A DNA stretch of 64,000 nt from assembly GCA_035342915.1 (NCBI GenBank), contig DAOQYB010000012.1, positions 1,479 through 65,478 of the forward strand. The letters run 5' to 3'. The position numbers were made by a program, and so were the translations under genes. The stretch comes from Anaerolineaceae bacterium. Lineage in GTDB: Bacteria > Chloroflexota > Anaerolineae > Anaerolineales > Anaerolineaceae. The notes beneath the pieces are model-generated. The model worked only from the letters and a program-made list of their open reading frames with translations, was not told the origin of the DNA and ran no database searches. Positions 50,590 to 60,155 of this stretch are shown here, piece by piece (the stretch's first letter is position 1; every line of letters starts with the position of its first letter).

Positions 50590-53500
50590 ATGGTCATTCA
50601 TCGCCGAGTATTAGGTACAGTTCTACTCAACTCATTCATCATCGTTCTGCTCATACTGACATGTGTTTTTTCACCTGTAAAAGGAGATGCCCCGGCTGAA
50701 GAATGGGTACTGGCCGGGCAATTGGGTGGGAGTACACAAGCCGTCTCTGTGAATGGAGATATCGCGTACATCGGGGTCGGGATGCGCATATTGTCGATCG
50801 ATATCAGCAACCCGTCCACTCCAAGGTTGATAGGAATGAGCGATATCTTTAGCGACACGGTTCTGGACCTGGTCGTACAGGGTGAAACCGCTTACATCGC
50901 CGCCGGGAACGCCGGGCTGCAGATCGTTGATATCAGCGAACCTGACCGGTTAAAAACACTGGGTTCCTGGAACTCCAGTGGATATGCGGAAGGTGTGGCG
51001 GTGAACGACAAGGTGGTTTACCTTGCCAATGGTGATGAGGGTTTGAGCGTGCTCAATGTATCTAATCCCAAGAAACCAGCACTGACCGCTTCGGTATACC
51101 CATTCCATTATGCCTTTGATGTCGTTACATCCGGTTCATATGCTTATGTCGCCTCTGGAGATGCGGGTCTGTTAGTAGTGGATATAAAAAACCCCAATGC
51201 ACTATCGGAATTGGCACAATTGGACACGCCTGGTTATGCGTATGACCTGGCGTTGGCTGAGGGTTATCTTTACGCAGCGGATGGTTGGGAGGGCGTGCAG
51301 GTTATCGATATTCGCAACCCGACAAAGCCTCTGTTAACTGCCGGTATTACCACGACCGGCTGGTCAATCGGTGTTGCTGTGGAAGACGACCTGCTGGTCA
51401 CCTGCAATGGCGGACAAGGGCTGCAGGTTTTCAATGTATCGAACCCGGCTCAGCCCAAAGAAAAAAGCACCTTTAAGAAAACGCCGGATGAAGGTGATGT
51501 GATGGTTCGCAGAGCGATTCTGAGTGACCGTTTACTACTGGCCGCGGATACGGTCAACGGTCTCCGGCTGATAGACGTTTCATTATCCTTGATGCCGGTC
51601 CAAAAAGGACTGTACAGCCAGCTGCCTTACGCGCGCCGGGTCAAGATCGACGGAGATTTTGCCTATGTCGCGACAGCCGCCGGGGGAGCCCTGTACACGG
51701 TCAATATCACAGATGCCATGAACCCCTACCAGGTAAGCAAATTTCAGGCGGACGGTATTGCGGTTGATGTGGTGTTGAATGGAGATTACGCCACGCTTGG
51801 CACATTTGAAGACGCGACCAATTGTTACAACCTGGTCGATATTTCTGACCCGGGTAACCTTCAGTTCTCTGACGCGGTGGATATGCAGAGCCTGATGTGC
51901 GGCGCGCCGAGGCAGATGGTCGGGCTTGGCGATCTCGTTTATTCGGCAGATGAATGGGGGTTGAGTATTTACGACCTCAGCCAGGCTGGTTCGATTAAAA
52001 CCATTGGCAGAATAGAACTTCACCAGGAGGGCGGTGAAACTCTCGCGCTTGCCGTGGTTGGAGATTTCGCGTATGTTTCTGATTCGAGGCGGCTGAGAAT
52101 CATTGATGTCTCAAATCCAGCAGAACCACAACAGGTTCAGGTACTTAATGTGGAAGAGGGTATTGGTTCCGTTTTCAGTATGGATGAGCGGCTATACCTG
52201 GGGCATTATGGTGAAGGACTATCAATTTACACGAATCCCACACCTGGTTCGATGCCTTCATTGATTTCGCGCTACAAAACCCGAGGATCAGTGGAAGAGG
52301 TCTCGCTTACCGATGAAATACTTACAACCAGCGAAGGTAGCGGAGGGCTGGAGATCATTGATGCCTCTGACCCCTACGATTTGAAATTACTTCAAACCAT
52401 CACCACCCCCGGGTTCGCCTGGGCAAGCGTGCTTTTAGAAGATGTCTTATATGTAGCTGGTGGTGCGGCGGGGCTGTTGATTTATCAAAAGCTGCCAACC
52501 GCAAAGCCAGCTTCACAAACGCCGCAGAATGGGCCGAGCATGGAATATCCGGTACTGTCTGTCAGCGGCATCACGAAAGGAGCGGAGGCAAACGCGCCGA
52601 ATTATCTCCCGGTAGTCGAGAAGGTTGTTGGGAAATCAGTCTGCACGGTCACGTCTGTGGTGGATAGCGGTGCAGGCACGCTGCGGGACTGTCTGACTCG
52701 GGTAAAAGCAGGTGAAAGTATCTTATTTGATCCGGCCGTGTTTCCGCCGGAGAACCCGGCAACGATCTCTCTGCAAAGCACGCTCCCCGCGCTTGATACC
52801 GGTTCGGTCACAGTTGACGCCAGCAACGCGGGAGTGAAACTGGATGGACAAAAAAAGGTAGCTGTTGGGTTGGTAACCAGGTCAGCGTATAACACGATCA
52901 TGGGTATTGAACTGGTGAATTTCACCATGGACGGCATCACGCTGGAATTTCCAAGTGAATACAACCAGATCGGCGGTGATCATACGATAGGTAGTAGTCC
53001 TTCAGGCCAGGGGAACGCGATATCGGGTTGTTTTAATGGCGTCCGCGTGCTCTTCTCCCGCTATAACACGATAAAGGGTAATTTTATAGGTACCAATGCC
53101 AAGGGTACACAAGCCGCGGAAATGAACGAGATTGGTATTGGCCTTTACAACTACGCTGAACATAACATGATCGGAGGACCAGCTGAAGGCGAGAAGAACA
53201 TTGTAAGTAACAATAACCGTGGAGTAGACATTCTGGGTAATTCAGCTGCTTTCAACGTAGTTGCCGGTAATTACATTGGCACGGATGTTACGGGAAACAG
53301 GGCCATCCCGAATATATCGTGGGGGGTGCTGATCGAGACGGGCGGCCGAAATAATATCATTGGCGGGACAACACCCCAAGAGCGCAATATTCTCAGCGGC
53401 AATTACTCAGGTGTCACTGTTTCAGATTACGCATCGACACAAAACTCCATCATCGGCAATTACATCGGGTTGGATGTCAGCGGCAAGATAGCGGTCCCAA

Positions 53501-54273
53501 ATCTAACCGGGACAAATATTTTTCAATCCGTGTATAACCGAATTGGCGGTACAAAACCCGGAGAAAAGAACATCATCAGCGGCAACTCCGGTTATGGTGT
53601 TCGCTTCACCGGTATTGGTGGGGTTCATGCCATTTTGTTAGGCAATGTTGTTGGATGGGATCCGGGTGGTGAAATACCGCTTGGCAACAGTATCGGTTTG
53701 ATAATTGATGCGGGCTCGCATAGCCTGGTTGGAGGATTAAGCGATAAAGCGGGTAACATTTTTGCGAATAACGGCCTGGCTATTAATATTGAAAACGGGG
53801 GTACCAACCAGAACTGGCTCGCCGGAAACAAGATTACCGGGAGTGAACAGTTGGGGGTGATTGTCACCAAGCACGCCGAAAACAACACGCTGGTAAAAAA
53901 CTTTTTCACGAAAAACGCGAACAATATCATGGTCCAAACGGGGGTGGGCAACACTTTGCGCGCCAACGCCATCGCGGGGGAATGGACATCAGCCATCGAG
54001 TTGACGGATGGTGGAAACCTGATGCTTGAGCCACCGGTGATCAACCAGGCTAAAGAAGACAGGGTTACTGGAACAAGCTGCCCTAGTTGTCGGGTGGAGA
54101 TTTTCTCTAATACTGACGTCCAGAATTTGACGTATGAGGGATTTACCACCGCGGATATCAACGGTAATTTCAGTTATACTGGTGAACTGACGGGTCCTTC
54201 TGTTACAGCCACCGCGACAGATCCTTTGGGAAATACCTCGCCGTTCTCGCGAGAAACCGCGCTGGTGAAGTGA
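50590..54273 (+). CDS. LVIVD-repeat (beta-propeller) + right-handed parallel beta-helix repeat surface protein
   Basis: Signal/TM, then more than 10 repeats of the A(Y/L)..(A/G)..GL.(I/V)(I/V)D(I/V)S.P type. The C-terminal half has repeated N.I.GN.IG(T/L) beta-helix turns. ATG at 50590 after GGAGGG. Confidence 0.85.
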   Translation: MVIHRRVLGTVLLNSFIIVLLILTCVFSPVKGDAPAEEWVLAGQLGGSTQAVSVNGDIAYIGVGMRILSIDISNPSTPRLIGMSDIFSDTVLDLVVQGETAYIAAGNAGLQIVDISEPDRLKTLGSWNSSGYAEGVAVNDKVVYLANGDEGLSVLNVSNPKKPALTASVYPFHYAFDVVTSGSYAYVASGDAGLLVVDIKNPNALSELAQLDTPGYAYDLALAEGYLYAADGWEGVQVIDIRNPTKPLLTAGITTTGWSIGVAVEDDLLVTCNGGQGLQVFNVSNPAQPKEKSTFKKTPDEGDVMVRRAILSDRLLLAADTVNGLRLIDVSLSLMPVQKGLYSQLPYARRVKIDGDFAYVATAAGGALYTVNITDAMNPYQVSKFQADGIAVDVVLNGDYATLGTFEDATNCYNLVDISDPGNLQFSDAVDMQSLMCGAPRQMVGLGDLVYSADEWGLSIYDLSQAGSIKTIGRIELHQEGGETLALAVVGDFAYVSDSRRLRIIDVSNPAEPQQVQVLNVEEGIGSVFSMDERLYLGHYGEGLSIYTNPTPGSMPSLISRYKTRGSVEEVSLTDEILTTSEGSGGLEIIDASDPYDLKLLQTITTPGFAWASVLLEDVLYVAGGAAGLLIYQKLPTAKPASQTPQNGPSMEYPVLSVSGITKGAEANAPNYLPVVEKVVGKSVCTVTSVVDSGAGTLRDCLTRVKAGESILFDPAVFPPENPATISLQSTLPALDTGSVTVDASNAGVKLDGQKKVAVGLVTRSAYNTIMGIELVNFTMDGITLEFPSEYNQIGGDHTIGSSPSGQGNAISGCFNGVRVLFSRYNTIKGNFIGTNAKGTQAAEMNEIGIGLYNYAEHNMIGGPAEGEKNIVSNNNRGVDILGNSAAFNVVAGNYIGTDVTGNRAIPNISWGVLIETGGRNNIIGGTTPQERNILSGNYSGVTVSDYASTQNSIIGNYIGLDVSGKIAVPNLTGTNIFQSVYNRIGGTKPGEKNIISGNSGYGVRFTGIGGVHAILLGNVVGWDPGGEIPLGNSIGLIIDAGSHSLVGGLSDKAGNIFANNGLAINIENGGTNQNWLAGNKITGSEQLGVIVTKHAENNTLVKNFFTKNANNIMVQTGVGNTLRANAIAGEWTSAIELTDGGNLMLEPPVINQAKEDRVTGTSCPSCRVEIFSNTDVQNLTYEGFTTADINGNFSYTGELTGPSVTATATDPLGNTSPFSRETALVK

Positions 54274-54330
54274 AACCGGGTCCGGATTGAAATCACAATT
54301 TCTAAACCAATAAATGAGGAGTTACTAATA

Positions 54331-55437
54331 ATGGACATTCGCGATCGAAAACTGGCGCAGTTGATCACGCAGTACTCCATCGGCGTCAAACCGGGTGACC
54401 GGGTGGTGATCAAGGCAGGGGTGCAGGCTGAGCCGCTGTTAAAGGAACTTTACCGTTATATTCTCGAGGCCGGGGCGCACCCCACGCTTTGGCCTGAGCT
54501 GGGCTGGCCGGAGGAGATGCTCTTCAACCTGGGCAGCGATGAGCAGGTCAGCTACATACATAAGACCACCGCGCTGTACTACGAGGAGTATGACTGCCTC
54601 ATCCGCGTGCTGGCAGAGCAGAACACCAAGCATCTCAACGGTATCGACCCGCGCAAGTTCGCCCTTTTCACCCAGTCGCGCGGCGGATTGATGAACACCT
54701 ACATGGACCGCTCCGCCCGCGGTGTGTTCCGATGGGCGCTCACGCTCTATCCCACCAACGCTTACGCCCAAGACGCCGACATGTCGCTGGATGATTACGC
54801 CGACTTCGTGTACCAGGCTTGCATGCCTGATATGGATGACCCGGTGGGCTACTGGCGGGGTGTTTCTGAACGCCAGGCGCGCATCGTGGAGTGGCTCAAG
54901 GGCAGGAAGAAGGTTCACCTGCTGGGCAAGGGCACTGACCTGCGCCTGAGCATCGAGGACCGCGCGTTCATTAATTGTGACTGCCGCGTCAATATCCCCG
55001 ACGGGGAGATCTTCACCGGCCCGGTGGAGGACAGCATGGAGGGGCATGTGACCTTCTCTTACCCCACCATCTACAACGGGCGCGAGGTGGAGGGGGTGCA
55101 CCTCGAGTTCAAGAAGGGCAGGGTGGTAAGTGCCAGCGCTGAAAAGAATGAAGCCTTTTTGCTGCAGACGCTCGACACCGACGAAGGCGCGCGCGGGGTG
55201 GGCGAGTTCGCCATCGGCACCAATGAGGGCATCCAGCAGTTCACACGCCAGATCCTGTTCGATGAGAAGATCGGCGGCTCCTTCCACATGGCGCTGGGCA
55301 AGGGCTACCCCGAGTCCGGCAGCGTGGCGCAGTCCGCCATCCACTGGGACATGATCTGCGACCTGCGCGACGGCGGGCAGATCTGGGTGGATGACCAGCT
55401 GCTTTACGAGAACGGCAAGTTCGTCATCGAGGCTTGA
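54331..55437 (+). CDS. M29 family aminopeptidase (AmpS/PepS-like)
   Basis: RKLAQLITQYSIGVKPGDRVVI..., PDGEIFTGP, EFAIGTN, IHWDMI. Confidence 0.88.
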   Translation: MDIRDRKLAQLITQYSIGVKPGDRVVIKAGVQAEPLLKELYRYILEAGAHPTLWPELGWPEEMLFNLGSDEQVSYIHKTTALYYEEYDCLIRVLAEQNTKHLNGIDPRKFALFTQSRGGLMNTYMDRSARGVFRWALTLYPTNAYAQDADMSLDDYADFVYQACMPDMDDPVGYWRGVSERQARIVEWLKGRKKVHLLGKGTDLRLSIEDRAFINCDCRVNIPDGEIFTGPVEDSMEGHVTFSYPTIYNGREVEGVHLEFKKGRVVSASAEKNEAFLLQTLDTDEGARGVGEFAIGTNEGIQQFTRQILFDEKIGGSFHMALGKGYPESGSVAQSAIHWDMICDLRDGGQIWVDDQLLYENGKFVIEA

Positions 55438-55453
55438 GGTTAAGTTTAATTCG

Positions 55454-55485
55454 GGCACGGGACCGCGCGGTCCCGTGCCTTTTTT
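55454..55485 (+). terminator. rho-independent terminator
   Basis: GGCACGGGACC-GCGC-GGTCCCGTGCC followed by T6. Confidence 0.85.
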
Positions 55486-55494
55486 AATGATCCT

Positions 55495-55637
55495 GTGATT
55501 GCGAGCGGCGAGTTGTGCGCGTGGCGGAATTGCACCGCCAGTGTGAAAAGATTGGGACGGCGCGGCAATCTCATTATTATATTGAGGGTTTATTGATGAG
55601 ATTGCTTCGGTCGTGAAACCAACTCCCTCGCAATGAC
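55495..55637. repeat. MITE/REP-like element (inverted pair of GAGATTGC...CTCGCAATGAC units)
   Basis: Left unit, 55495-55572: GTGATTGCGAGCGG...CGGCAATCTC. Right unit, 55598-55637: GAGATTGCTTCGGTCGTGAAACCAACTCCCTCGCAATGAC. Terminal inverted repeats are GT(G/C)ATTGCGAG. Confidence 0.65.
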
Positions 55638-55731
55638 AACGCTGGGGAGTTATATCAGGCTAAAAAATATGCGGCGCGGCACAATACTTGCACCCATATT
55701 CCTCTGAACGCTGGGCGTGACGAGGTATATT

Positions 55732-58458
55732 ATGAGAAGCTCAATCGCAAGATCCATCATCCTGTTATCGCTGATGCTGCTGCTGGCGCTTTTCGCCGCC
55801 GGCTGCGCGGTGCTGCCCGAAGAAGGGGAGCCCGAGGAAGGGCAGCTGCCGCTGCCAAAAGCACTGTCAAGCGCTGTTGAAATCGAGCTCTCCAACCAGA
55901 TCCAGCAGGAGGCGGCGGCGCGACAGGATGTGCTGGCTTTCATCGTGTACCGCGTGTCGATCGACAGCGTGGATTTTTCAGAGGACGGCAGCCTGGCGCT
56001 GGCCTGGCTGGCGCTGGTGGATAAGGAAACGGGTTTTGTGCAACCCGCTGAACCGGGGCTGGTGATCGCGCATAAGACCGGCGATCCCGCCATGCCCTGG
56101 AGGCTGGTGTTCCAGGCAGACGCGAACTTTGCTGAAGAACTGATGGCGCTGCCGGAGGATCTGCTCTCCGCTGAAAACAGGCAGGTGTACCTGCCCGGCG
56201 TGCAGAAGGAGCAGAAAGCCGGAACGGTCTACACCGGTTACCGCCTGCCGTGGCCAAAAGGGCAGAAGGTGCGTGTGAGCGGAAGTGTCGGGCACGTGTT
56301 CACGTATAAATCCTGCCCGGCTGATTGCCTTTACGCTTTTGATTTCGCCAACGGCAGCATGTTCGATGTGGTCGCTGCGCGCCAGGGCACGGTGAAGTAC
56401 GTGGTGTGGAAGTACGAGAACGGCAATACCAAGAACGCCAATTACATCGTGCTGGAGGATACCACCACCAATCCCACCACCTACCAGGTGTACCTGCACC
56501 TGGCGCAGAACAGCATCCCCCCTGAATTACGCCAAGTCGGCGCGAGGGTGGTGCAGGGGCAATTCCTGGGCAAAGCCGATGACACCGGATACAGCACCGG
56601 TCACCACCTGCACTTCCATGTGCACACTGACCCAGATTATTACTGGGGAAAATCGGTGGATATTGTTTTTGAGGATGTGCCGATAAACGGCGGGCGTCCG
56701 CGCACCTGCGCTGAAGCCGCGGCTTTCCCGCAGTATGGCAAGGAATGCGCGCCGGGGAATTTCCTGGTTTCGAACAACGGAGATTCAGCACCGCCAACTG
56801 GCGCGATCACCAGCCCGGAAGCCGGTGCCGGCATTAACGCGCCAACACTGAACATCAGCGGATGGATGACCGACGATATCGGGGTGCTGAAGGGTCAGTT
56901 GATCTACAAGACATTCGCTTCATGGTCGCCGCTCGGACCGGAGCTGCTGGAAAGCAATTTCAATACCAGCGTTGACCTGTGCGCTTTACGCGTGCCTAAC
57001 GGAAAGTTCTCGCTCGGCCTGGTCGTTACGGATAAGGCGGGGAATATCTCGAAACCGCAGGGAGTGATGGACGTGGTGAAAAAATACGACTGCCCGCCGC
57101 TGCCGCCAGTGTGCACGCCCGCTGCTGACGAGGTGGCGTTGCATAACGACACCGAGTACCAGGGCAGCTGCCAGTTGTTGAAAATGGGCGAATACGCCGA
57201 CCTGGCCGGGCTGGAACAGGTAAAGGGCGACCAGGCGTTGTCGATTCAGGTGGGGGCGGGGGTCTCGGCGATGGTGTACGGCGAGCCCAACTTCGCCGGC
57301 ACCATGGAGCTCTTCCAGGATGGCGATGACAACCTGGCGAACAACCTTATCGGTGCGGCAAACGCTTCTTCGATCAAAATTGTTAAACGTATCGTTATGC
57401 CCACCCCGGCAACCCTCAACCTGCCGCAGATCATCACCGACGAGACTTTTCTGGCGGTGACCTGGACGGTGGAGGAGGGCACGGAATCACGCGCCCGGCT
57501 GACCGGGCCGAAAGGTTTTGTGAGGACCGTGGACTGGCAGACGACCGGTGCCTGGCAGGTAGGAATGCTGCCGGCCGGGAATTATAAGGTAAGCGTCGAA
57601 GCCCGCAACCTGCTGGGCAGCGCGACCACCACACAGCAGTTCAGCGTGGTAAAGGCGGTTGAACCCCCAAGCACGCGCATGGACGCGCTGCCGCAAACTT
57701 ACGGTTCGACCGCCATCAAGTTAGGCTGGGTGGTCGAGAGCCACGCGGATGAAGTGGAGCGTTTCGAGCTGCAGGTGCGCGAGGGACAGGGCGATTGGGT
57801 TGATTACCAGCAGGCGATCGGCAGCGCGGCACGCAGCCTGGTGTTCTGGGCGGATCAGAACCAGGTGTATGAGTTCCGCATGCGCGCGGTGAACAAGCTC
57901 GGCACGGCTGAAGCCTACCCGGATAACGCCGAGACGTTTACACTGGTGCTCTCTGACTGCCTGGGCGACGATGCCGAACGCGCCGGGGATAACCAACGCG
58001 AGCTCGCGCCGCTGGTGAGCAGCAATGCGCCGGTAAGGCACAACTGGTGCCCGGCGGGAGATGCGGACTGGGTGCGTTTTGACGCCAAAGCTGGCGACAG
58101 TTTCGTGCTGCGCGCCAACCCGCAAGGTCCGGCTTCAGGCGCAGTTGTTCAGTTGTTTGCCGCCGGCAGCGAGGTATTGCTGGGTGAAGCCCGCCCGTTC
58201 AACGTGGATGGCCGGACGACCCTCAGTTGGATGGCTCCCGCGGACGGCAGCTACGCTGTGAAGTTAAGCCCGGTTGATGCGCGCATCGCCGGCGTGGAGG
58301 CGGAGTACACCTTCAGCGTGGAGAAGAAGGGCGCTGTCAAACCCTTGTGGTTTGTGCTCTTCTCTGCCATGGTTTCAGCGCTGATGGGCGGCGGGTACGC
58401 GGCTGCCAGGCGGGTGAAGAAAACCATGAAACAGAAGAAAAGCCGCGTGGGATGGTAG
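55732..58458 (+). CDS. M23 family metallopeptidase with Ig/FN3-like and pre-peptidase C-terminal (PPC) domains, C-terminal TM anchor
   Basis: Lipobox LFAAGC. M23 motifs (YAFDFA...; TGHHLHFHV). PPC-like GDADWVRFDAKAGDSFVL...DGSYAVKL. Terminal TM helix plus a basic tail. Confidence 0.88.
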   Translation: MRSSIARSIILLSLMLLLALFAAGCAVLPEEGEPEEGQLPLPKALSSAVEIELSNQIQQEAAARQDVLAFIVYRVSIDSVDFSEDGSLALAWLALVDKETGFVQPAEPGLVIAHKTGDPAMPWRLVFQADANFAEELMALPEDLLSAENRQVYLPGVQKEQKAGTVYTGYRLPWPKGQKVRVSGSVGHVFTYKSCPADCLYAFDFANGSMFDVVAARQGTVKYVVWKYENGNTKNANYIVLEDTTTNPTTYQVYLHLAQNSIPPELRQVGARVVQGQFLGKADDTGYSTGHHLHFHVHTDPDYYWGKSVDIVFEDVPINGGRPRTCAEAAAFPQYGKECAPGNFLVSNNGDSAPPTGAITSPEAGAGINAPTLNISGWMTDDIGVLKGQLIYKTFASWSPLGPELLESNFNTSVDLCALRVPNGKFSLGLVVTDKAGNISKPQGVMDVVKKYDCPPLPPVCTPAADEVALHNDTEYQGSCQLLKMGEYADLAGLEQVKGDQALSIQVGAGVSAMVYGEPNFAGTMELFQDGDDNLANNLIGAANASSIKIVKRIVMPTPATLNLPQIITDETFLAVTWTVEEGTESRARLTGPKGFVRTVDWQTTGAWQVGMLPAGNYKVSVEARNLLGSATTTQQFSVVKAVEPPSTRMDALPQTYGSTAIKLGWVVESHADEVERFELQVREGQGDWVDYQQAIGSAARSLVFWADQNQVYEFRMRAVNKLGTAEAYPDNAETFTLVLSDCLGDDAERAGDNQRELAPLVSSNAPVRHNWCPAGDADWVRFDAKAGDSFVLRANPQGPASGAVVQLFAAGSEVLLGEARPFNVDGRTTLSWMAPADGSYAVKLSPVDARIAGVEAEYTFSVEKKGAVKPLWFVLFSAMVSALMGGGYAAARRVKKTMKQKKSRVGW

Positions 58459-58476
58459 GAACTGAACTTTAATATT

Positions 58477-58505
58477 AGGGTGGGGTTAACCCCGCCCTTT
58501 TTTCT
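58477..58505 (+). terminator. rho-independent terminator
   Basis: AGGGTGGGG-TTAAC-CCCCGCCCT followed by T6. Confidence 0.8.
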
Positions 58506-58568
58506 TGACGCTCCTAATCGCGGGTGCTATAGTAAAGTGAAACTCAGCACACACACAGAGGTTGGATT

Positions 58569-59363
58569 ATGCCGCTGGTCACCCTGACGACGGATTTCGG
58601 GAACAAGGATGGTTTTGTCGGGACGATGAAGGGCGTCATCTGGGGGATATGCCCCGGCGCGCAGATCGCCGACATAAGCCACGAGATCACCCCGCAAAAC
58701 GTGAGCGAAGGCGCAGCGGTGCTGCGGCGGGCGGTGCTGTATTTTCCGGCGGGCACGGTGCATATCGCCGTGGTCGACCCCGGCGTGGGCACAGCGCGGC
58801 GCGCCCTGGCGGCGCGCATCAGAGCGCATTACTTTGTGGGCCCGGACAACGGTCTGTTCTCGCCATTGATCGAAGACGCGCAGCGTACGGATTCGGAGAT
58901 CATTATTGTCGAACTAAATAAACCGCGCTATTGGCTGGCAGGCGTGAGCCGCACGTTTCACGGGCGGGATGTCTTCGCGCCGGCGGGCGCGCACCTGGCG
59001 GCAGGGATCAGTCTGGAGGAAATGGGCAGGGTTATCACGGACCCCGTCCTTCTGCCGATGCCGAAACCCGAAAGGATAGAAGGCGGCTGGCGCGGGCAGG
59101 TGCTGGGGGCAGACCGTTTCGGCAACCTCACCACCAACCTGCCCTGGACGCAGGTGGCGGGAAGGGAACTGCTGATATCAATAAAGGGCAGTATTATCCA
59201 TGGGCTTTCTAACTCCTACGGTCAACATCAACCCGGAGAACTCGTGGCGCTGGTGGACAGCGGTAATTTTCTAGAAGTGGCGGTGGTCAACGGCAGCGCG
59301 GAAAAGCTGCTGGGGGCGCGGGTGGGAGACGCGGTGGAAGTGCTCTTCGGCGAGACGGAATAA
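58569..59363 (+). CDS. SAM hydroxide adenosyltransferase / SAM hydrolase family protein (DUF62)
   Basis: MPLVTLTTDFGNKDGFVGTMKGVI, VVDPGVGT, GPDNG, FHGRDVFAPA. Confidence 0.88.
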   Translation: MPLVTLTTDFGNKDGFVGTMKGVIWGICPGAQIADISHEITPQNVSEGAAVLRRAVLYFPAGTVHIAVVDPGVGTARRALAARIRAHYFVGPDNGLFSPLIEDAQRTDSEIIIVELNKPRYWLAGVSRTFHGRDVFAPAGAHLAAGISLEEMGRVITDPVLLPMPKPERIEGGWRGQVLGADRFGNLTTNLPWTQVAGRELLISIKGSIIHGLSNSYGQHQPGELVALVDSGNFLEVAVVNGSAEKLLGARVGDAVEVLFGETE

Positions 59364-59417
59364 CCCATCAAAACGGCGAAACTGCAGCCGGATTAGGGTG
59401 TTATAGACAACGGGTCA

Positions 59418-59446
59418 TTGACAAAGCAGGTTTTTTTCTGTATTGT
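59418..59446 (+). promoter_or_regulatory. sigma70-like promoter TTGACA-N17-TATTGT
   Basis: TTGACA (59418-59423), 17-nt spacer, TATTGT (59441-59446), with CATAAT immediately after. It lies 38 bp before the ECF S gene. Confidence 0.5.
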
Positions 59447-59483
59447 CATAATGTCTTTATCAAACAATATTTAAGGAGGAACA

Positions 59484-60050
59484 ATGAAAGACAAAGGAAT
59501 TTTTAAAGTAACAACCAGGACCATCGTGGCAGCAGGGTTGGGGGCGGCGCTCTTCGCGCTTCTCTTCATGTTCGTCAAGATCCCCTCACCAGTTCCCGGC
59601 ACCTACATCCAGACCGCCTACGGACTGGCTGGTTTCTTCGGCGTGTTGTTTGGACCGATCGCGACCGGGTTATTGGCCTTCATCGGGCACGCCATCAGCG
59701 ATGCTGTGCAGTACGGCAGCCCCTGGTGGAGCTGGGTCATTTCCAGCGGTATCGCCGGCTTCATTTACGGTTTCGCTTTCAAGCGCACCCGGGTTGAAGA
59801 AGGCATCTTCGGCGGCAAGGACATCCTGACCTATAACATCATCCAGGTCATCGGCAATGCCATCGCCTGGCTTCTTGTTGCGCCCGTGCTGGATATCGTC
59901 ATCTACGCTGAACCAGCGAACAAGGTGTTCGCGCAGGGTTTGATGGCCTTCCTCTCGAATTCAGTTGTCGCCGGTGTTGTCGGCACCCTGCTGCTGCTGG
60001 CGTACGCCGCCACCCGCACCCGCAAGGGCAGCCTCAGCAAGAAAAGCTGA
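59484..60050 (+). CDS. ECF transporter S (substrate-binding) component, unknown specificity
   Basis: 188 aa, 6 TM helices, AAGGAGG RBS. Followed by a fused ECF ATPase and a T component. Confidence 0.8.
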   Translation: MKDKGIFKVTTRTIVAAGLGAALFALLFMFVKIPSPVPGTYIQTAYGLAGFFGVLFGPIATGLLAFIGHAISDAVQYGSPWWSWVISSGIAGFIYGFAFKRTRVEEGIFGGKDILTYNIIQVIGNAIAWLLVAPVLDIVIYAEPANKVFAQGLMAFLSNSVVAGVVGTLLLLAYAATRTRKGSLSKKS

Positions 60051-60078
60051 CCTGTAATCCGTTTATTCCCAAACTGTT

Positions 60079-60106
60079 AGGATGGCGGTTTTATGACCGC
60101 CATCCT
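60079..60106 (+). terminator. intercistronic hairpin (partial terminator/attenuator candidate)
   Basis: AGGATGGCGGT-TTTATG-ACCGCCATCCT with no strong T-tract. A second hairpin GCGCCAGCG...CGCTGGCGC lies at 60171-60200. Confidence 0.45.
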
Positions 60107-60155
60107 GATGTTGATTAAAGTATAATAACCCGGTCACACGGTTGTTATAACAATA

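Noticed and set aside
59364-59483. TPP (THI-box) or other riboswitch upstream of the YkoEDC-like ECF operon.
   Set aside because: The region is only about 120 nt and is largely occupied by a promoter. I could not find the conserved CTGAGA / ACCTGATCTGGATAATGCCAGCG-type cores or other riboswitch signatures. This needs an Infernal scan to be certain.
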